From: the human T2T-CHM13v2.0 reference genome, Homo sapiens
Direction of reading: 5' to 3'
Assembly (NCBI GenBank): GCA_009914755.4
Contig: CP068257.2
Span: forward strand, 19,840,001-19,904,000
DNA: 64,000 bases
Shown piece by piece: positions 1 to 15,399 of this stretch. The stretch's first letter is position 1. Every line of letters starts with the position of its first letter. The notes under the pieces are model-generated. The model worked only from the letters and a program-made list of their open reading frames with translations. It searched no databases and had not been told where the DNA came from. A program made the position numbers and the translations under genes.

Positions 1-847
1 TAAGAGAAGCGATACCAAAGGCAAATGACCATTTTTTTTCAGTAGCTGCCCTTCAACATTTAATTGGCTTATTAATAATAGCCATATTCAGCAAATCATC
101 TCATTAAGTTACCTAGGGGAACGTTTTGCAACTAGATTATCTTAAATTGTTCCCTAGGCATTTCAACCTTTGTAAATTAGACACTCTACAGATATGCATA
201 CTTGAGATTTTGATGCCAGGGGAGTATTTGGTAACACCCACTTTAATTTTTTTCCTATTCCCTAGGAATAGCAATTAGGGGATTAAAATGCCTTCTTGCC
301 TAATGTTGAAAGGAAAATGTAATTGATTTATGCTGGGAACATGTTAGAGCTCCCTTTGGTTTCTTATACTATCAGCCCAAATACTTAAAATGATGGAGGG
401 CCCTTTAATTTATCATATTAAGGGCTTCAACAAATAAGAGCTAAATGATTGTTAATTTACAAGAGACTGCCTTGTGTTTGTACAGAAGTTTCACCTTAAA
501 TGTCTAATTTCCAAAAATGGTATTTTTGAAGGATTACCTGAAGGACATGACATCTATCTATCCCTCTAAAGAATACTTTTTTTTTTTCTGGGGTAATTAA
601 GGTCTCATTTTTTGGCTTATTTTCTGGCTCTTTCACCCACATCTTCACTCAGATACATAACAAAACTGAATTCCAAGTATTTCCACAAAAATATTTACTC
701 ACATCAACCACTTCATCGTTACATAGAAAGTACTGAATAGCTGAGGTAATGCCAGGGCCACAGGGACATGCAGCTGTCTGCTGCCTCATGGATCCCTTGT
801 CTTCATACCACCCTTCAGTGTCCTTGCCATACACCCCTTCCTTCCCA

Positions 848-1133
848 TATATGTGTGTGTATACACAATTTATAACTTATAAAAATACATGCTACATGTA
901 TATATGTGCATATTCATACTGAATATGCTATACATAGCATTTACAATTATATGTTGTGTGTGTTTGTGTGTGTATATATATACATACATTTAACATATCA
1001 TCTCAAATTACTTTTGGGTTGACTTTTTAAGCTTTTTTGTTCTATGTAGGTCTATATATATAACACATATATAATACATTATAATACATATATATAATAC
1101 ACATATATAATGCACATATATATATATATACAC
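848..1133. repeat. Low-complexity (TG)n/(TA)n/(CATATA)n-like simple-repeat region
   Basis: Visible runs such as gtgtgtgtatacaca, tgtgtgtgtttgtgtgtgtatatatatacatacat, acatatatatatatatacaca; no coding potential. Confidence 0.8.
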
Positions 1134-3364
1134 AATTTTTAAAAATTTATATGAAACAGCTACAGTGTTTGCTTATACATCTCCCAGTGATTATGCATCT
1201 AAGGCTTAAAATCACTGTGTTTCTTTTTGGATTTAAAGCTGTGTAAAAAACTGACACCTTCTTGTCATTAACTCAATTAGGACAAATGAAGAGAAAAATG
1301 GCGCTAGAGTGTATTATTTCCAGGAAGGGTGATATCACCTCCCCACTGGTGACCTGCCTAGCCCTTGACTTTATTAGGTATTATGTGCCTCCATTCCACC
1401 TTCTCATTTTTCAAAGGCCTCATGTCTTTCTTCTGGGCTGGTTTGCAAACTACAACATGAGGGTATTGCACATGTCTTGGTCACTATTGTGTTCATGCCT
1501 TCTAGAAAGTCCTCACTAATCAATTAACTGAATAAATAATTGATGAATGAGTGGGTGAAGACAGAGGGTGTTGTGATAGCTGTGGCTTTTTAGCATAGCT
1601 GCCCTAAGCATTTCAAAATTGCAACTAGGTTTCTTTCTTAACCTTACTGTCCATTGATTAACTTAGAAAAGTTACAACCTCTCTTCTCAGTTATTCCATC
1701 GTTCATACATCTCATAGTACTTTAAGTAGTACTGGCTACAGGCCATTTTTATAAAAACAGATATTCCTGAGTTTCAAAAATCAAGGCAAGTGCCTCTTGT
1801 GTATATTGATAACTTGTAGTGCTTGTTCATTTAAAACCAGGGCTTCGTTAGGGGTTCTAATATCTTCATTTTTACACGAAATAGCAAAACAGGCCAAACT
1901 TTTCTGTTCCTTTGTAATGGAAGTTCTATGTCACCAAAAAGTTTATTTCCTTTGTAATAAAAGTTCTGTGTCACCAAAAAAAATATTAACTAGAAAAAGA
2001 GAATACTAGTATGTTATCAAAATTACAATGTCTTCTTGCCTCCTTCTGAAGGACACTCCATGTTTGAGTACTGTCAATTTAATGCAATCATGAATTTAAC
2101 TTTCACAATTATATTTTAGAGAACAAATACTTAATTGTCACCAAAAATGGAGAATACATCGTTATTCTTTATACTCAAAGAAGCAGTGTTAAATTGTGGC
2201 TCAACATAGAGTAATACAGGGCTGAGCTATGAGGTTAAAAGACATGTCTGCATCTATTGTTATAGACAGGCTGTAATTTATTTATATTTATACCCTGGGA
2301 AAGTGAGATTTGCAGTTGCAATGATAGATTATTAGATACATGATTTCAGAGAAAATGTTTCATTTCCATACAGTTTTTATGGAAACAGTTATATCCTAAA
2401 ATCGCTGTTATTTTTTTAAGTGGTTATGATCTCTAAGGCCCTGAAATACACAACTTACTCAATTTTCCTCATTGCTTTTCCAAAAACCTGACAGAAGCAG
2501 CTGCTACCATCACTTTTGTTATAAAGAGAAGGAAGACAAGCCAGAAAGGTTAAGGAAGCTTTCTGTGTTTAAATTTTTAATACATGGCACAACCCAATAA
2601 TCACACTGTTTTAGATAATTTAATTTATAATTGTATCAATTTATATTTCATTAGTAATTGTAGTTCTAATGGTAATTTTTTCAAATAAAGGGAAATTCAA
2701 ATGTCATATGGTCAAATTTATATTTTAGAAAAAGAATGAGATAGTATTTAAGTGTAGAATGTTTGAGAATAGGATGGCGTTGTTTTATATTCTTATGCTA
2801 ATGATATATTTAAAACTTAGTAATTTTGTTTGTATATTATTTTATGTCATAAAACATCATAGTAGTAAAAAATACCAGTGATAATATAAATCTATCATTC
2901 ATATCCAGACTTTATTTCAAGATACTTTATCTTTCTTCCCCCCAAAAAACTTTAACAATAGTCCCTGGCAATTCTTTTAATGGACATACTAAGTTTTTTC
3001 TGTGTATCATGTTTCATTTTCCCATTCACATAATGATGAATAATCAACAAAATGGCCAAAAAACTAACTGATATATGTGAAATAAAAAAAAAAATCCTAA
3101 TGGAGGTAAATTGTCAACCACTGAATAAAGGATTAATGACAAAACCACTTTTTGGCTAATATAAACAACATTATATTTTATATAGAAAAATGTTGGAAAT
3201 AATACTGGCTTCATTGACACAGCAACTTCATGTATCCCTGTGCCTATGAAAATTGTTCCAATATCCAATATAAGTATATTGTTCCAATTCCAATATAATT
3301 TTTTTAAAAAGGTGTCACTTTAGTGTATGGATATTTACAAACTGCATTTTTATTGCTTTCACAG

Positions 3365-3545
3365 AAAGATAAGGAAGACCAATGGCTAGAGAAAAAAGTG
3401 CAAGGAAATAAAGACCACATCATTTTGGAGCATCTCCAGTGGACCATGGGGTATGAAGTTCAGATTACAGCTGCCAATAGATTGGGATATTCTGAACCGA
3501 CAGTTTATGAATTCAGCATGCCACCAAAGCCCAACATTATTAAAG
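3365..3545 (+). CDS. NCAM2: NCAM2 coding exon, C-terminal half of the second fibronectin type III domain; phase 0 in, phase 1 out
   Basis: Acceptor ttttattgctttcacag|AAAGAT. Translation [60 protein letters not shown] plus the first base of a split codon. Donor AAAG|gtaagc. It is the positional counterpart of the NCAM1 FN3-2 exon (..WNAEYEVYVVAENQQGKSKAAHFVF.. region). The split codon joins the downstream TM exon to give ..[12 protein letters not shown]. Confidence 0.9.
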
Positions 3546-5375
3546 GTAAGCAAAACTATATTCTTTTTTAGACTGAACAATAAATATGATACCACCTTTT
3601 TATAACCCTTACTGACTTTTCTTATTAATAATTAAAACAAACTGAAATGTAAATTCCAGGTTCTAATTATTATTGTGACATATCATACACAAAGTTTCTC
3701 ATCGCTCTTGCCATAGGGTATTGCTTAATTTGTAAATATATTTTGACCCCATTAATAGTTGGAGTGGTGGAGAAAGAATGACTAGGAGAACATAGAGAGT
3801 AAGAGTGACTGATGATAATCAACGTGAAAAGTGTCTATTGAGGCCATACGAAAGCTTTGCTAAGAAGACAATTTCTCTGCCAATCATGTGGAGACTGATG
3901 ATCCAATTCTTGTTAGATTTGACCGAAGGTAATGATGAGCCAACCTATGCCTGACCAAGCAAGTTGATTTTGGAAACATAAAATTAGTCACAAAGAAAGG
4001 CAGGAACAGCCACAAATATAATTCCATAAAGACCTATACCTAGAGTTTTAAGAAGGCTCATAAAATGGGAGAACACTGTAAATCAGCCTTTGCAACACAC
4101 TGGTTAGATTCTACCATTGATAGGTAACAGTGCTTACATTGTTACATCTTAGTATGTTAGTAATATTATGAAAGTTCACAACAGGGATGTTAAAACTTTT
4201 ATTCAGATAAATGCTCTTGAAGTAAAGATGCAAAAATTTATTCTGACTCAAAATAACATTTAACTCTGTTCATGAGTTGCTAAATTGGTCATATTTCTAC
4301 ATTTATTTTCCCTCAGTTATTACTTTTAATATTTTAATTTTATGCAGACATGTACAGATATTTATGTATATATGGTATATTCTTTATAGGTACATATATA
4401 CAGAAAAGAACAGCATATTAATCCATGAAACCAAGATTTATTTGTCTTATTATATTAGAGTATAAGTATAGATATATAATATTTTTGAAACTGGAAAAGA
4501 AAACTAGCTAGTTCAGTCATGTCATTAAACCCTCTTGTAATTTCAAATTGATGTTAATTTCACATATTATGATTTTGTTATATCATACATCAGTTGTTTA
4601 GTAATTGAAAGCAGTTTTATATGATTAATCTTTCAATTAAAAAGTAATTAGTATTGGTTATAAGGTTTAAAAAGTAATTGATATTAGAGCTTTATATTGC
4701 TAATGTTAATAAATTCTACCAAATTATAATTTAAAATTAGGAAGTAAAAAGTCCCTGGAAATAACACTGGTATGTTACATTTTAAGGACTTTTTTTACTA
4801 TTTTCAAAGCCCTTCTGCATTGATTATGTCATTTTATTCTTAAATCTGAGCTGGATAAGGAAGCATTATTCTCATTTTACAAATATGATTTTAAGAGGTT
4901 TAATGACATGTTGGAGGTCAGAAATATTTCTAGTTATATGACAAATCTGATGCCCTTACAAGATAACACATCTAAATAAGAATGACTGAATGTACTATCG
5001 AATTCATTACCTCTCTATGTTTGAAACATCAGAAACCACTTCTACAATTGTAATGAATACGTATGTGGTAATTATATTTCATGCAAATATCAGGAACATG
5101 CTATACGTATTCCCATACTGAGCCAGAGCCTCCTCCAAAGGAAAATTGCAACAGTATATACTATAATCTCCCAAATTTTTAATTTAGTGTATATATTTTG
5201 AAACATAATGAATTAACTTAATCCGTTTAATTTAATAATGTATTAAATTTAATATATGAAGTAGAAGGCAAAATTTTAATAACATAGATAAAACATAAAA
5301 TCAAAAAAATAGATTTTACACAGATTACTAAATGTTATACCCCCAATGACTCTGCTATCTTTGTAAGAAATTGTT

Positions 5376-5731
<356 letters not shown>

Positions 5732-6158
5732 TTAAAAGGTAATAAAAGCAGATATGAAGGCACCAAAGTAACCAAGACATGCTGTAATTCATTTCCTCTC
5801 TCTCTATATATATATATTTTTCAATTTGAGAAACTCGTGTCCTGAGAGCTTTGTAGGCAAGACCTGGAAAGAAAATGGATAGAATTCTGGTTTATATTCC
5901 CAGATTTGTTCCTGTCACATAACTTGTCAAAATAACTGTTTCCTCATCTCTAAAGTGAGTTCCTTCTGGTTCTGCAATGTTAAGATCTATCATTTATTAA
6001 TTTAAGAATTATTTATTGGAGTACTTCTTTGTGACAAACCCTTGAATGAGTACAAAGGATTTATCTGTGAAAAATACAGCACTGACCCATGTCCCCCAAA
6101 ATCTCCACAGTCTGGTAGAGAAGACAGATATTCAACATGAGTTAGAATAACTGCAACT

Positions 6159-6775
<617 letters not shown>

Positions 6776-7868
6776 TTATTCTTTCTCTTATGGGTAAGAG
6801 CAACTGATGGATGAACAGCGGTAGAAAAAATAAAAGAACGAAAAATTTCCTGACACATTATAAGTGTAGACTAACGCTGCCTTTGCAATAGATTGGATTC
6901 AGTCAGTAATGACTTCTAGGTTTCTTGCTTGGGCAACTAGAACATTGCTGATGTCATTTCTCAAGGTGAAGAATTTTGTAGGAGAAGCAAGACTTGGAGA
7001 ATGAGGATCAAACATCAGATCCATTTAGTATTTGTTAAATTTGAAATATCAAATCGTTGGTTAGATATGTGGGCGTATGGAAATGAGAAGATAACCATGG
7101 CTTGGAAACATACACCATGATGCTGTCAGTGTTAACAGGTGAATGGTATGTGAGTGAGGGTAAACCCGTCTAAGCAATGCCTAAAATATCTGAAGAGGGG
7201 TTGATGTCTGTAGTACTCATTTGTGTTTGCCAGTAACTAGAAGGGCGACTGGCACAGCAGTGATTTCCAGAGAATATTTCTTGAATTACTGAAGAGTAGA
7301 AAGAAGTTAAGAACTGAGTTCCAAGGAACTATCATATTATACTAGAAGAAGAAACCAGATCACTCCACCCCTCATCATGAGACTAACACTTTACAAACTT
7401 ACTGGAAAAACAGGAGCGTAGTATCTTGGAAGTTAACAAAGGGTCATATTTCAAGAAGAATAGATGTAAAGTGTCAAATGCTGCTGAAAGGTCAATGGAA
7501 CTGAACCAGAACAGATGTGAAGTATCCCTATCACGTGCAGCTTTGCTGACGTCATTGAGAGATAAATTAGGTACAAGTGGGCAGAGAATTGTATGTGAGG
7601 TTAGGGAGTTTAGACTCCATATTTATTTAATGCTTTCAGGAAGTTTTTCTATGAAGGTGAGCAGAGGAGGGAAAAAGCCAGTGTTAGAAGGTCTTTTATG
7701 ATGAAAAATGCTAGATGAAACAAATCAAGGAGTCGTGGAGCAATCACACATACAGGCACACAGACAAAGCCATCTGAGAAGGTAGGAGATGGTATTCACC
7801 CCTCTAAACCATGTAGCTGATACAAAGCCATCACAACTTATCAAAAAAAGGGGAAAATGAAATATTTA

Positions 7869-8203
<335 letters not shown>

Positions 8204-10528
8204 TTACTGTTACTGAATCCGGATTGCTAAGGCCTCATAGAAAGTCATATCAGAAACAAACCATAAATTAAGAATTGTTTGATTTAGATCTAGGTTTTGT
8301 GAGGCAATTTTAAAGGCTGTGATGATGGGGAATTTGAGAACCTTTCAGATCTTATAGAGTTAACATTATATATTTGCAAAATATGAAAAAAGATCATATA
8401 ATTTTATAACATTTTATTTTTCATTTTAAAATGAAATATAAATTCAAACATATTAGAAATAAGTTATCTGTAATAAACTAGCACATCTTAAGTCTTTTCA
8501 TTTAAGTTAGAGAAGATATAGAGTTTAAAGGTTAAAGTGGTTTTAATTTATTTTTATATTTCATGCATTGTAGACTGTCAAAATAAGTTTTCTGGAATTT
8601 TGAATTTAAAAACCCATTACTTATGTATATTAGATATATTTAACTTTTTGTAAACAATAGGGTAAGTCTAGAGAACATTTATTTGTTGGACTAAAGCACT
8701 ATTTTTTCGTTTTTTATCAACCTACTCCCTTTACATTCATATAAAATATTACATTGATAACAATAATTTTTCTTGTAAGTATGCTAGTGGATACTACATT
8801 TCTTCTTAGTTTATAATTATTAAAAAATAATTTTGTAATTAATATTTTTCATTTTTTCTTATTAAAGATGTACTTATTTTGAAAGATATGTATTTTGATT
8901 TATTTAAAATGGAGTTTCCATAATCAATCGTGTTCCTTTTCAGAATATTCATGCAGCATAACTCCATCTTATTTTATTTTATAAGAAACAAGAATATTGG
9001 GAAACTATAGCAGATTAATTGTTATAAAATGACTACCAAACTATGGATTTCAAGGCTGATAGCATGGCATTTATTGATTTGTTCTGTAATCTTAATGACT
9101 AAAAATACTACTAAACTTCTGGACTGGATATAATCTAATGTTTAAAAAAATCCTTGGAAATAAATAAACTTACTTTGAAAAACATTTTCACCATTTCTTT
9201 TGGCCTGCCACATGTTTGATAACATTTATATTTAACCAAAAAAGACGTTAGTATCTTTCAGTAACTGCTTCCTTCTTTTCCTGAAGACATGTCTAATTTT
9301 AATATTGACTATCAATATAATTTGATGACAATAATTCTGTTCAACATTTTTTATATTCAATGATAAAATAATTCTGCCCTCTGGGAACATGTAATGCATA
9401 CATAATACATACAAAATAGTTGTTTAGATTTAACAAGCTAAAAAAAATAATATAAATCACCACAAAAAATATTGCTAAAATATTTCAGTTACTTTGTATT
9501 TTCATGGGCTTTTAATTTGTACTTCCAATGAACTATACAGTAAAATTATTTTGATCACCTCAACTCTAGTTTCAAGCAACACTAATAAATCCTTCATCAC
9601 TAGATAATTCAACATGAACAGAAAACAACTTTCAAACACATGGCAAATATGAAAATATTATTTTAGGATTACATTTATGGTTGTTTTAGAACATAAGTTT
9701 AAAAATTCTAAAACAATGGTGAAATAGAAGTCCAATTACCTGGGGAAACTTCATCTTAACCCTCTGGAATTTTCAGTCTAACCTAAATATTGATACTACA
9801 CCTGCAGCAGCATTTAGTTTAGCATGTAGTGAAAAAGTAAGTCTAAAAAATATTTTCATAATCTTTGGTTCCTAAAATTGTTTTAAAAGAGATGCAGTGA
9901 CATATGTCTGGAGTTTGCTTATGGCCAATAGGTTAATGCTTCTAGCTTCTATGCTTATTGCAAATTTTAATTATGTGAATATGCAATTTTCACTTATATT
10001 TGTTGGTAGCTTGTTTATTATTAAAATAGAATGGCTTTTATTAAATATATCCTAAGAAATTACGGTAGAAAAAATTACCATCAAACATTGTGGGATATAT
10101 TGAGATCATATTAAAAGTAGCACTGTGAATTCACCAATAGCACAGTGAAATGACTGGTGACTTTTCCCTTGTAATTTACATTTTCAACTTATAAATGAAA
10201 GATATTCACATGTAAGGGATCAGTGACAGAATTAATTTCTGAGTAATGCAGAATAAACATCAATATTGACCTTTGTATGTTTTTAATATGTGACAATACA
10301 TAGAAATGTTTTATACAAGATTTTAGCCATTCTTGTTTTGTATGAAAGTATTTTTTGTAGGTTTGCATTAATTGTTAATGACTTTGTGTAAATCTTGCAT
10401 TAATTATTCTTTTTTCTTTCCTACTGTCACGTTTTTTCTCTTTTGATTTCCTCGTTTGTAACTCTACCCTTTATTTTCTTAATTATTTCATTCTTATTCT
10501 ATTTTCAAAAACAATTTTCATCATGCAG

Positions 10529-10635
10529 ATAAATGCTGTGAAGCGAATAAAGGCGAAAATGGAAGCCAGTCGTGGCAGCTGAATGCTGCTGGGTTTTCTT
10601 TCATTATAGCCATAAGTTTGTCTTGCGTGTTTTAA
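10529..10635 (+). CDS. NCAM2: Candidate alternative terminal exon of NCAM2 encoding a GPI-anchor-type C-terminus (hydrophilic spacer, small-residue cluster, 13-aa hydrophobic tail, stop); phase 1 in, matching the upstream FN3 exon
   Basis: Acceptor ttctattttcaaaaacaattttcatcatgcag|ATAAATGCTG. With the carried-over G from exon 3365..3545 the frame reads D K C C E A N K G E N G S Q S W Q L N A A G F S F I I A I S L S C V F, then TAA at 10633..10635. This is analogous to NCAM1 exon 15 (the GPI/NCAM-120 exon) and to rodent OCAM/RNCAM-GPI. It is a local GC-richer island in an AT-rich intron. The ORF is below 60 aa and so is absent from the ORF track. Confidence 0.7.
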
Positions 10636-10677
10636 TGTCATTGTTATATCATATGGTATATCCTCTTATGCCCTGAA

Positions 10678-10725
10678 AATTAAAAAAAAATAGTAATAGC
10701 AAGGCTTATCTAAAATTATAATAAA
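10678..10725 (+). promoter_or_regulatory. NCAM2: Candidate polyadenylation signals (ATTAAA at about 10678..10683; AATAAA at 10720..10725) 45-90 nt downstream of the GPI-exon stop codon
   Basis: ccctgaaaATTAAAaaaaaatagtaatagcaaggcttatctaaaattatAATAAAatatttcc follows the TAA at 10633; consistent with an alternative 3' end for a short (GPI) isoform. Confidence 0.5.
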
Positions 10726-12092
10726 ATATTTCCTAAGGTCCAATTAATTATGCATGTATCTTCACCCATGAATGATTAAGCTTTTTCTCCTTCCCCCAAT
10801 TATCAACCTTTTAAGTGGATAATTTGTCAGAAAATCAAATGAAGGAAATTCAATCGGGATTGCTACTTTCAGCTACCAGTTCACTGCATAACATACTTTA
10901 TTCTAAATTTTCCATTAATTCCTAAAGTTGACCTTGTTAAATAGCATGTCACTTGTACTTGAAACTTAAGCCTTTGCTACATCTAATCTTTCATTATTAT
11001 TTTGCAAATAATTAAATATCCATGGCCATACTTTTTAAAAATCATAATTTTATTATGTAGAATTGTGGATCACTACTATTGTTTTTTTTACTGTTACTTT
11101 TAAGTATAAGTTTCCAACTTTATGAACATTTCTAATATTTCAATGTGTTTACCATTTATATAAAACATAAGCATTATATTTTATTAGATGTGTATCCCAA
11201 TTGTGCTGCTTATTTTCCCTTTGTTGAACCAAAATGTCTTAAGGAATAAATGTGAAACAGTTTCCTATTTTAAATTTGAACACCGATTAATTTTTTTCAT
11301 TAAGTGAAAATATCTCTGCAATTTTCCCAGAATGAATGTTAAATTAAATTTGTATATGTCTAAAAAGTTACACCCAATTCACTGGATTTAGATTACATTT
11401 TGAGCTGACCTCAAGTCCTATTGTTCTAACATAAGTAGTTATTTATTACATTTTTCTGGACATCTGGTAGTCAGAATTCTTGCAAGCATTAGAGAGAGAG
11501 AAGAAAATATTATAGACACTCCTTTAAAGAAGTTGAAATCAAGATGGGAAGAAATTGAGATTGGAACTAGATTCCAAATTTCAAAGGAATTTCGATTTGA
11601 GGGAGTAGCATGAAGAATGATTTTTGGTCTTTGCAAATTTTCATTATGTGAATATGCAATTTTCACTTAAGTAATCTTTACCTAAGTAATTTCAAAACAA
11701 GTAAAGAGTGTTTGTGTTTTTCACTTGCAACCACATCTTAACAAGTGACTTTTACTACTTATTTATTTAGGACAATAGGAAACAACCAGATGTACATATA
11801 TGCATAAAAGTGACCATAACATACTTGGTAAATCAAATGATTGGGTTCTGGACTCTGTGATTCATTCATCAAAAGCTATCATTTTGTTGAACAGAAATAT
11901 TTTTCGTGTCTCTTTTTAAAGAGATAGCTACAGAATCTTTTCATATGAGGGCTAGGCCTCTCTTTCATAGTAGATTTTCTTTTAACTTATCTTTTCCAAA
12001 CTCCTAGCTGTCAACTGCTATCCTTTCTTGTAATCTAGTAATAGACCTGTAGACTGCAGAAGCAACCCATCAACCGATAAAACACACTTCTG

Positions 12093-12479
<387 letters not shown>

Positions 12480-15050
12480 TTATAGGGCAAGTTTTGTTTT
12501 TAAATCACCATAACCAATATTCCGTTTATTAAATAACTATCATTGCATATTAAATTTCTCGATATTTGAGACTGAAGAGTTTATATTGGTTACTAATTTG
12601 TAGAAGGCGTTGATAAAAAGATTTCTAGTAACACCTCCAGAAACTGTTTTTTACATTCATTGTAACCTTACTTGATCTTTCCAATAAATTAGAGACATTT
12701 CTGTGAGAATTTCATGTAGAAATGATCTTGACTTAGGAATGACAAAATATTTTTTTGGAGATCACGGAATACTTATTTAGTAAGTTAGTGCAAAGTTTAT
12801 TTATCTTGAAGTTTTACATATCATAACTCAAGGTCACTAAGTGATATAAAGAACATTCAAAGTGAGGTATACACAGAAATAAGATACATCAATTTGGCAT
12901 TTTGAAAAGAACCTAATATTAAAATTATGTTAGCAGAGTTATATACATTTAAAGAGTTGTTTGTTAGATTTTAAGCATCTAAGTGTGGATCTAGTTTTAG
13001 TCCTAAACTTTATAAGCAGTCTGTCATTTGGCCAAATGTTTATTCTTACATGAACACCTATTTCACAACTCTGAGATACACATAAATTCTTTTAAAAATA
13101 TTCTCAGAGATGGTAAAATAATAGGCTTTGTGATCTGCCTTATTTCTCTAAGAAATTAAAAAGTACAAAACTAAACAATAAAGCTATTGCATTCCAATAA
13201 ATAAAACCTTAGACATTTTACATCCTAGGATTTTTTAAAAGTTTTAATGTGTTGCTGAGTTATCTTTTATATTATCTGAACAATACTGTTGTTATATGCA
13301 GCCATAAAAATCAGACAGTTTACTTGTTTATTTTAAAAATGAGTTTGTTACTTTTTTGGCTTTACTATTATTTCATCTGTCTACCCATCTAAGTAAATGT
13401 GATTACTGGTAAGCAAGACATAAAAATTTAAACTTATTTTAAGTATCTTCCTAGTACCATCCAATGATTTTTTTTTCATACAATGGAGTTTTACATAAAA
13501 TTCTGTCTCTGAAGATGTATAAATTTGAGCTTGTGTGTTGAGTGTAAGATTAGTCATTATATATAATCAGAAATATATGTCTATGTCCAATGGTGTGTGT
13601 ATTGTATCGTTCACTGTTAAAATATTTCAAAAGATTGTTTTGACCGTATTACCAGTTATGAAGCTAGATTGATTTACTTATGCATGATTGCCATTATCTG
13701 CATGTGGAATATCAGGATTTTTAAAATATAGATCTGGATATCTCCTTCTTTCTCCTCCCAATCTCTTCTAGTCTGTCTTCTTTCCTCCATTTTACAGTCA
13801 ACGTTACTGGCCTCTCTACCCCAATCAAAACTATAATTACTCATCAGTTCACAGTAAGACCCACAAGTACCATGTTTCAGATATGCTAACAGAGTAGGCC
13901 TAGGAGGTAGCAGTAAATTCTTTCCTATAAAATGTATTCTTACGTGGAAAAACCTTAGGTGAGTTGCTATTTTTGTTCATTTCTTTCCTAATACTATAGG
14001 TCATTAGGACGGACTAAGTTTAATTTTATAAACTCTATATTCATATTATTTCCAGAAGCATTTTGCAAATGCACATATATGCCTTCATTCCTGGTATACA
14101 TGAACAAGATTGAAATTAAAATATGTAAACATTTTAAATATGCCTATCTATAGAAGGGGTTAGATTGATGTTTAATATATATGCAATTTTCACTTACATA
14201 TAGCAAATACATATAAAGACAAATAATTTTATTGCAAATAAATTTGACTTTTTAAATATTCAAGTTCTTTTTAAATTAACAAAGTTACAAGTATGCATCC
14301 TAGTGCACATGTTACACACAATAATATGCAATTTGTGTCAATTGGGAAACCATTATAATTAATTATAATATTTTCTGTGTAAGAATACTCATTCATTATG
14401 TTTGAGTTAAATTAAAGCTAAAACAAGAAAAATTCCAAAGTAGTTTCAACCACGTACAATTAAATTTATGATTAGTCATTTATGTTAAATGAAATATATT
14501 GTACAAGAAAGAATTAAACCATGAACTTTTGGATCTGGAGGTATTCTTAGATACATAAAAATAATTTTAAATATTAATATGGTATATTTACCCTGATAAT
14601 GGAGAAATAAAACCTTAAAATTACAAATTATTTTAATAATTCAAGATGGATACTGATATCAATACAATAATACAATATATTTGGGTCTAGCTTTCAAGAC
14701 TAATAGCCAGTATTATGCATGATAACATTTGAGTTTGTAGTAATTAAGAAATATCCCTAGTCATGTAAAGTTTTCTTTAAAGGTTTAAATTTGATATTAA
14801 TATGATATAAGCAACATTAAGAGCTTGAAATGATCAATTCTGGTATTAAACTAAATATTATCACATATATTTTTGTCTGGCCTTGTAGTATTATGATTTC
14901 ACTCACTGAATAAAGATAAACTATAATATTGATCATACCTAAATATGTAACTTTATGTGTTTTATTATGATTAATCTGTGTAAGAGATAATGTAACATCC
15001 TTTAAATGATCTTTTAATAAGTCCAATTTAATTATGTTTTCTTTTTCTAT

Positions 15051-15370
15051 TTTAATTTTTATTTATTTATTTTTTTATTTTCTTGAGACAGACTCTTGCT
15101 CTGTCGCCCAAGCTGGAGTGCAGTGGCCTGATCTCAGCTCACTGGCACCTCCGCCTCCTGTGTACAAGCAACACTCATGCCTCGGCCTGCCTAGTAGCTG
15201 GGTGTGCTACTAGGCGTGCAGCCACCACACCTGGCTAATTTTGTATTTTTAGTAGAGGCAGGGTTTCACCATGTTGGCCAGGCTGGTCTCGAACTCCTGA
15301 ACCCAATTGATCCTCCTGCTTCAGCCTCCCAACATCCTGGAATTACAGGCGTGAGCCATGGTGCCCAGCC
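15051..15370 (-). mobile_element. Alu SINE, minus orientation (poly-T/TTTA-rich tail on the left)
   Basis: tttatttatttttttattttcttGAGACAGACTCTTGCTCTGTCGCCCAAGCTGGAGTGCAGTGGCCTGATCTCAGCTCACTG ... CAGGCGTGAGCCATGGTGCCCAGCC is the reverse complement of the Alu consensus. Confidence 0.9.
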
Positions 15371-15399
15371 TCATGTTTTCACTTTTTTAAAATTTATTT

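Noticed and set aside
1262-1519. 85-aa + strand ORF upstream of the FN3 exon
   Set aside because: It is not in phase or splice-compatible with the downstream NCAM2 exon. It has no acceptor or donor consensus at its ends and no recognisable domain. I consider it a random ORF.
7426-7701. 91-aa + strand ORF in non-Alu sequence
   Set aside because: The surrounding 6480..7700 block looks like a degenerate ancient interspersed repeat (similar sequence recurs near 44900..45560). It has no flanking splice consensus, no protein similarity I can recognise, and an out-of-context frame. I treat it as chance.
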